This document shows, piece after piece, positions 57,201-64,000 of a stretch of 64,000 bases of DNA; position 1 is the first letter of the stretch; each line of letters begins with the position of its first letter. The notes beneath the pieces were generated by a model. It ran no database searches and was not told where the DNA came from. It was given only the letters and a program-made list of their open reading frames with translations. The DNA comes from Eledone cirrhosa. Its lineage: Eukaryota. The position numbers and the translations under genes were made by a program. The stretch is from positions 65,286,001 through 65,350,000 of the forward strand of contig OZ024745.1 of the NCBI GenBank assembly GCA_964016885.1, given 5' to 3'.

Positions 57201-59100
57201 TTTTTATTTGGGTGATCCATTTTTTATTTGAGGGACCCATTTTATATTTGGGTGATCCATTTTTTATTTGGGTGATCCATTTTTTATTTGGGGGATTCAT
57301 TTTTTATTTGGGGGATCCATTTTTTATTTGGGGGATCCATTTTTTATTTGGGGGATCCATTTTTTATTTCGGGGATCCATTTTTTATTTGGGTGATTCAT
57401 TTTTTATTTGGGGGATCCATTTTTTATTTGGGTGATCCATTTTTTTTATTTGGGGGTCCATTTTTTATTTGGGTGATCCATTTTTTATTTGGGTGATCCA
57501 TTTTTTAATTGGGTGATCCATTTTTATTTGGGTGATCCATTTTTTACTTGGGGGATCCATTTTTTATTTGGGTGATCCATTTTTTATTTTGCTGATTCAT
57601 TTTTTATTTGGGTGATCCATTTTTTATTTGGAGGATCCATTTTTTATTTGGGTGAACCATTTTTTATTTGGGGGATCCATTTTTTATTTGGGTGATCCAT
57701 TTTTTATTTGGGTGATCCATTTTTTATTTGGGGGATCCATGTTTTATTTGGGTGATCCATTTTTTATTTGGGTGATCCATTTTTTATTTGGGGGATCCAT
57801 TTTTTATTTGGGGGATCCATTTTTTATTTGAGTGATCCATTTTTATTTGGAGATCCATTTTGTATTTGGGTGATCCATTTTGTATTTGGGGGATCCATTT
57901 TTTAATTGGGTGATCCATTTTTTATTTGGGGGATCCATTTTTTATTTGGGGGATCCATTTTTTATTTGGGGGATCCATTGTTTATTTGGGTGATCCATTT
58001 TTTATTTGGGTGATCCATTTTTTATTTGGGGGATCCATTTTTTATTTGGGGGATCCATTTTTTATTTGGGTGATCCATTTTTTATTTGGGTGATCCATTT
58101 TTTATTTGGGGGATCCATTTTTTATTTGGGGGATCCATTTTTTATTTGGTTGATCCATTTTTTATTAGGGGGATCCATATTTTTTTGGGTGATCCATTTT
58201 AATTTGGAGATCCATTTTTTGTTTAGGTGATCCATTTTATAATTGGGTGATCCATTTTTTATTTGGGGGATCCATTTTTTATTTGGGGGATCCATTATTT
58301 ATTTGGGTGATGCATTTTTTATTTGGCTGATCCATTTTTTATTTGGGTGATCCATTTTTTATTTGGGTGATCCATTTTTTATTTGGGTGATCCATTTTTT
58401 ATTTGGGGGATCCATTTTTATTTGGGTGATCCATTTTTTATTTGGGTGATCCATTTTTTATTTGAGGGATCCATTTTATATTTGGGTGATCCATTTTTTA
58501 TATGGGTGATCCATTTTTTATTTGGGGGATCCATTTTTTATTTGGGGGATCCATTTTTTATTTGGGGGATCCATTTTTTATTTGGGGGATCCATTTTTTA
58601 TTTCGGGGATCCATTTTTTATTTGGGTGATTCATTTTTTATTTGGGGGATCCATTTTTTATTTGGGTAATCCATTTTTTTTATTTGGGGGTCCATTTTTT
58701 ATTTGGGTGATCCATTTTTTATTTGGATGATCCATTTTTTAATTGGGTGATCCATTTTTATTTGGGTGATCCATTTTTTACTTGGGGGATGCATTTTTTA
58801 TTTGGGTGATCCATTTTTTATTTTGCTGATTCATTTTTTATTTGGGTGATCCATTTTTTATTTGGGGGATCCATTTTTTATTTGGGTGAACCATTTTTTA
58901 TTTGGGAGATCCATTTTTTATTTGGGTGATCCATTTTTTATTTGGGTGATCCATTTTTTATTTGGGGGATCCATTTTTTATTTGGGTGATCCATTTTTTA
59001 TTTGGGTGATCCATTTTTTATTTGGGGGATCCATTTTTTATTTGGGGGATCCATTTTTTATTTGGGTGATCCATTTTTATTTGGAGATCCATTTTGTATT
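54250..59100 (+). repeat. Tandem ~2.43-kb higher-order unit, a dimer of ~1.2-kb subunits
   Basis: ORF pairs 54636/57068, 55574/58006 and 56432/58862 (offsets 2430-2432). The gctgattc marker is at 55159, 56395, 57591 and 58825 (spacings 1236, 1196, 1234). Confidence 0.85.
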
Positions 59101-61875
59101 TGGGTGATCCATTTTTTAATTGGGTGATCCATTTTTTATTTGGGTGATCCATTTTTTATTTGGGTGGTCCATTTTTTATTTGGGTGATCCATTTTTTATT
59201 TGGGGGATCCATTTTTTATTTGGGTGATCCATTTTTTATTTGGGGATCCATTTTTTATTTGGGTGATCCATTTTTTATTTGGGTGATCCATTTTTTATTT
59301 GGGGGATCCATTTTTTATTTGGGTGATCCATTTTTTATTTGGGGGGGTCCATTTTTTATTTGGGGGATCCATTTTTATTTGGGTGATCCATTTTTTATTT
59401 GGGGGATCCATTTTTTATTTGGGTGATCCCTTTTTTATTTGGGGGATCCATTTTTTATTTGGGTGATCCATTTTTTATTTGGGGGATCCATTTTTTATTT
59501 GGGGGATTCATTTTTTATTTGGGTGATCCATTTTTTATTAGGGGGATCCATTTTTTATTTGGGTGATCCATTTTTATTTGGAGATCCATTTTTTATTTAG
59601 GTGATCCATTTTATAATTGGGTGATCCATTTTTTATTTGGGGGATCTATTTTTTATTTGGGGGATCCATTATTTATTTGGGTGATCCATTTTTTATTTGG
59701 GTGATCCATTTTTTATTTGGGTGATCCATTTTTTATTTGGGTGATCTATTTTTTATTTGGGTGATCCATTTTTTATTTGGGGGATCCATTTTTTATTTGG
59801 GTGATCCATTTTTTATTTGGGGGATCCATTTTTTATTTGGGTGATCCATTTTTTATTTGGGGGATCCATTTTTTATTTCGGGGATCCATTTTTTATTTGG
59901 GTGATTCATTTTTTATTTGGGGGATCCATTTTTTATTTTGGGTGATCCATTTTTTATTAGGGGGATCCATTTTTTATTTGGGTGATCCATTTTTATTTGT
60001 AGATCCATTTTTTATTTGGGTGATCCATTTTTTAATTGGAAGATCCATTTTTTATTTGGGGGATCCATTTTTTATTTGGGGGATCCATTATTTATTTGGG
60101 TGATCCATTTTTTATTTGGGTGATCCATTTTTTATTCGGGGGATCCATTTTTTATTTGGGTGATCCATTTTTTATTTGGGTGATCCATTTTTTAATTGGG
60201 GATCCATTTTTTATTTAGTTGATCCATTTTTTAATTGGGTGATACATTTTTTATTTGGGGGATCCATTTTTTATTTGGGGGATCCATTTTTTATTTGGGG
60301 GATCCATTGTTTATTTGGGTGATCCATTTTTTATTTGGGTGATCCATTTTTTATTTGGGGGATCCATTTTGTATTTGGGTGATCCATTTTTTATTTGGGT
60401 GATCCATTTTTTATTTGGGTGATCCATTTTTTATTTGTGGGATCCATTTTTTATTTGGGTGATCCATTTTTTATTTGGGGGATCCTTTTTTTATTTGGGT
60501 GATCCATTTTTTATTTGGGTGATCCATTTTTTATTTGGGGGATCCATTTTTTATTTGGGTGATCCATATTTTATTTGGGTGATCCATTTTTTATTTGGGG
60601 GATCCATTTTTTATTTGGGTGATCCATTTTTTATTTGGGGGATCCATTTTTTATTTGGGGGATCCATTTTTTATTTGGGTGATCCATTTTTTATATGGGT
60701 GATCCATTTTTTATTTGGGGGGATCCATTTTTAATTTGGGTGATCCATTTTTTATTTGGGGGATCCATTTTTTATTTGGGTGATCCATATTTTATTTGGG
60801 GGATCCATTTTTTATTTGGGTGATCCATTTTTTATTTGGGTGATCCATTTTTTAATTGGGTGATCCATTTTTTATTTGGGGGATCCATTGTTTATTTGGG
60901 TGATCCATTTTTTATTTGGGTGATCCATTTTTTATTTGGGGGATCCATTTTTTATTTGGGGGATCCATTTTTTATTTGGGTGATCCATTTTTTATTTGGG
61001 TGATCCATTTTTTATTTGGGGGATCCATTTTTTATTTGGGGGATCCATTTTTTATTTGGTTGATCCATTTTTTATTAGGGGGATCCATATTTTTTTGGGT
61101 GATCCATTTTAATTTGGAGATCCATTTTTTGTTTAGGTGATCCATTTTATAATTGGGTGATCCATTTTTTATTTGGGGGATCCATTTTTTATTTGGGGGA
61201 TCCATTATTTATTTGGGTGATGCATTTTTTATTTGGGTGATCCATTTTTTATTTGGGTGATCCATTTTTTATTTGGGTGATCCATTTTTTATTTGGGTGA
61301 TCCATTTTTTATTTGGGGGATCCATTTTTTATTTGGGTGATCCATTTTTTATTTGGGTGATCCATTTTTTATTTGAGGGATCCATTTTATATTTGGGTGA
61401 TCCATTTTTTATATGGGTGATCCATTTTTTATTTGGGGGATCCATTTTTTATTTGGGGGATCCATTTTTTATTTGGGGGATCCATTTTTTATTTGGGGGA
61501 TCCATTTTTTATTTCGGGGATCCATTTTTTATTTGGGTGATTCATTTTTTATTTGGGGGATCCATTTTTTATTTGGGTAATCCATTTTTTTTATTTGGGG
61601 GTCCATTTTTTATTTGGGTGATCCATTTTTTATTTGGATGATCCATTTTTTAATTGGGTGATCCATTTTTATTTGGGTGATCCATTTTTTACTTGGGGGA
61701 TGCATTTTTTATTTGGGTGATCCATTTTTTATTTTGCTGATTCATTTTTTATTTGGGTGATCCATTTTTTATTTGGGGGATCCATTTTTTATTTGGGTGA
61801 ACCATTTTTTATTTGGGAGATCCATTTTTTATTTGGGTGATCCATTTTTTATTTGGGTGATCCATTTTTTATTTG
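57043..61875 (+). repeat. Dispersed near-identical copy of window positions ~1-4810 (offset ~57.05 kb)
   Basis: ORF pairs 585/57628, 963/58006, 1340/58383 and 1819/58862 (offset 57043), then 2714/59777, 2973/60036, 3372/60435, 3853/60916 and 4210/61273 (offset 57063). Shared gatctat variant at ~2580/59643. Confidence 0.88.
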
Positions 61876-64000
61876 GGGGATTCATTTTTTATTTGGGTGA
61901 TCCATTTTTTATTAGGGGGATCCATTTTTTATTTGGGTGATCCATTTTTATTTGGAGATCCATTTTTTATTTAGGTGATCCATTTTATAATTGGGTGATC
62001 CATTTTTTATTTGGGGGATCCATTTTTTATTTGGGGGATCCATTATTTATTTGGGTGATCCATTTTTTATTTGGGTGATCCATTTTTTATTTGGGTGATC
62101 CATTTTTTATTTGGGGGATCCATTTTTTATTTGGGTGATCCATTTTTTATTTGGGGGATCCATATTTTATTTGGGTGATCCATTTTTTATTTGGGTGATC
62201 CATTTTTTATTTGGGGGATCCATTTTTTATTTGGGTGATCCATTTTTTATTTGGGTGATCCATTTTTTATTTGGGTGATCCATTTTTTATTTGGGGGATC
62301 CATTTTTTATTTGGGGGATCCATTTTTTATTTGGGTGATCCTTTTTTATTTGGAGATCCATTTTGTATTTGGGTGATCCATTTTTTAATTGGGTGATCCA
62401 TTTTTTATTTGGGTGATCCATTTTTTATTTGGGGGATCCATTTTTTATTTGGGTGATCCATTTTTTATTTGGGTGGTCCATTTTTTATTTGGGTGATCCA
62501 TTTTTTATTTGGGGGATCCATTTTTTATTTGGGTGATCCATTTTTTATTTGGGGATCCATTTTTTATTTGGGTGATCCATTTTTTATTTGGGTGATCCAT
62601 TTTTTATTTGGGGGATACATTTTTTATTTGGGTGATCCATTTTTTATTTGGGGGGTCCATTTTTTATTTGGGGGATCCATTTTTATTTGGGTGATCCATT
62701 TTTTATTTGGGGGATCCATTTTTTATTTGGGTGATCCCTTTTTTATTTGGGGGATCCATTTTTTATTTGGGTGATCCATTTTTTATTTGGGGGATCCATT
62801 TTTTATTTGGGGGATTCATTTTTTATTTGGGTGATCCATTTTTTATTAGGGGGATCCATTTTTTATTTGGGTGATCCATTTTTATTTGGAGATCCATTTT
62901 TTATTTAGGTGATCCATTTTATAATTGGGTGATCCATTTTTTATTTGGGGGATCCATTTTTTATTTGGAGGATCCATTATTTATTTGGGTGATCCATTTT
63001 TTATTTGGGTGATCCATTTTTTATTTGGGTGATCCATTTTTTATTTGGGTTGATCCCTTTTTTATTTGGGGGATCCATTTTTTATTTGGGTGATCCATTT
63101 TTTATTTTGGGGATCCATTTTTTATTTGGGTGATCCATTTTTTATTTGGGTGATCCATTTTTTATTTGGGGGATCCATTTTTTATTTGGGTGATCCATTT
63201 TTTATTTGGGTGATCCATTTTTTATTTGAGGGACCCATTTTATATTTGGGTGATCCATTTTTTATTTGGGTGATCCATTTTTTATTTGGGGGATTCATTT
63301 TTTATTTGGGGGATCCATTTTTTATTTGGGGGATCCATTTTTTATTTGGGGGATCCATTTTTTATTTCGGGGATCCATTTTTTATTTGGGTGATTCATTT
63401 TTTATTTGGGGGATCCATTTTTTATTTGGGTGATCCATTTTTTTTATTTGGGGGTCCATTTTTTATTTGGGTGATCCATTTTTTATTTGTGTGATCCATT
63501 TTTTAATTGGGTGATCCATTTTTATTTGGGTGATCCATTTTTTACTTGGGGGATCCATTTTTTATTTGGGTGATCCTTTTTTTATTTTGCTGATTCATTT
63601 TTTATTTGGGTGATCCATTTTTTATTTGGAGGATCCATTTTTTATTTGGGTGAACCATTTTTTATTTGGGGGATCCATTTTTTAGTTGGGTGATCCATTT
63701 TTTATTTGGGTGATCCATTTTTTATTTGGGGGATCCATGTTTTATTTGGGTGATCCATTTTTTATTTGGGTGATCCATTTTTTATTTGGGGGATCCATTT
63801 TTTATTTGGGGGATCCATTTTTTATTTGGGTGATCCATTTTTATTTGGAGATCCATTTTGTATTTGGGTGATCCATTTTGTATTTGGGGGATCCATTTTT
63901 TAATTGGGTGATCCATTTTTTATTTGGGGGATCCATTTTTTATTTGGGGGATCCATTTTTTATTTGGGGGATCCATTGTTTATTTGGGTGATCCATTTTT

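Larger units (their letters stand above)
1..64000 (+). repeat. Tandem satellite array, 20-bp monomer GATCCATTTTTTATTTGGG(T/G), ~3,200 head-to-tail copies, running to both window edges
   Basis: The monomer is readable in every line, and three copies fill each 60-nt line so columns stay in register until an indel. The T/G-rich strand is on + throughout. No non-repeat insertion was seen. Confidence 0.99.
53410..64000 (+). repeat. Higher-order duplication, period ~8,430 bp. The second copy starts near 61860 and is cut off by the window end
   Basis: ORF pairs 54039/62469, 54636/63066 and 55256/63686. Private variants ttgtgtgatcc (~55057/63487), gatcctttt before gctgattc (~55142/63572) and tttagttggg (~55251/63681). 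Confidence 0.88.

Noticed and set aside
26-63871. About 150 + strand ORFs encoding (GDPFFIWVIHFLFGGSIFYL)n hydrophobic peptides
   Set aside because: They are translations of a 20-bp unit cycling through three frames every 60 bp. They start mostly at TTG inside the monomer and end whenever the T variant puts TGA in frame. Frameshifting 19- and 21-bp monomers are tolerated everywhere. The minus strand has no ORFs only because each monomer carries TAA.
1-64000. CRISPR array or other repeat-spacer system
   Set aside because: Repeats are directly abutting with no unique spacers, leader or cas genes.
1-64000. AATAAA poly(A) signal on the minus strand and T6 Pol III terminator-like run on the plus strand in every monomer
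   Set aside because: The motifs are present but are an expected by-product of the T-rich core. No transcription unit in the window gives them context.
1-64000. CArG box (MADS/SRF site) in CC-ATTTTTTATTT-GG
   Set aside because: CArG needs CC(A/T)6GG, and the A/T core here is 11 bp.
1-64000. Dense GATC sites as a Dam/SeqA oriC-like region or plasmid iterons
   Set aside because: There are no DnaA boxes, rep gene or unique flanks. Iteron clusters have a handful of copies, not thousands.
1-64000. Canonical telomerase-made telomere tract
   Set aside because: It matches no canonical telomere repeat I recognise. Rare variants are propagated in kb-scale blocks, which indicates duplication of existing DNA rather than templated addition.
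1-64000. Pure sequencing or rolling-circle concatemer artefact, or synthetic binary data storage
   Set aside because: Nested duplications of many different periods with graded divergence and shared derived variants fit natural satellite evolution. A concatemer would show one period. Individual near-perfect duplications could still be assembly errors.

Overview
All 64 kb is one uninterrupted, single-orientation tandem satellite array of about 3,200 copies of a 20-bp monomer, consensus GATCCATTTTTTATTTGGG(T/G). I see no genuine gene, RNA gene, transposon, CRISPR array or unique sequence. Every ORF in the track is a frame-rotating translation of the monomer. The informative structure is higher-order. 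There is one dimorphic T/G position, and ordered cassettes of rare variant monomers define an older ~1.2-kb unit in two alternating subtypes (~2.43-kb dimer). Younger duplications of about 0.9, 1.9, 2.9, 3.1, 3.8, 4.5, 5.1 and 8.4 kb are layered over this, plus dispersed copies about 30, 37 and 57 kb apart. The architecture is typical of eukaryotic heterochromatic, centromeric or subtelomeric satellite DNA. I cannot identify the organism or satellite family and see no support for a new protein-coding system. Offsets come from matching ORF-track coordinates and marker variants read by eye, so block boundaries are approximate (about +/-60 bp).
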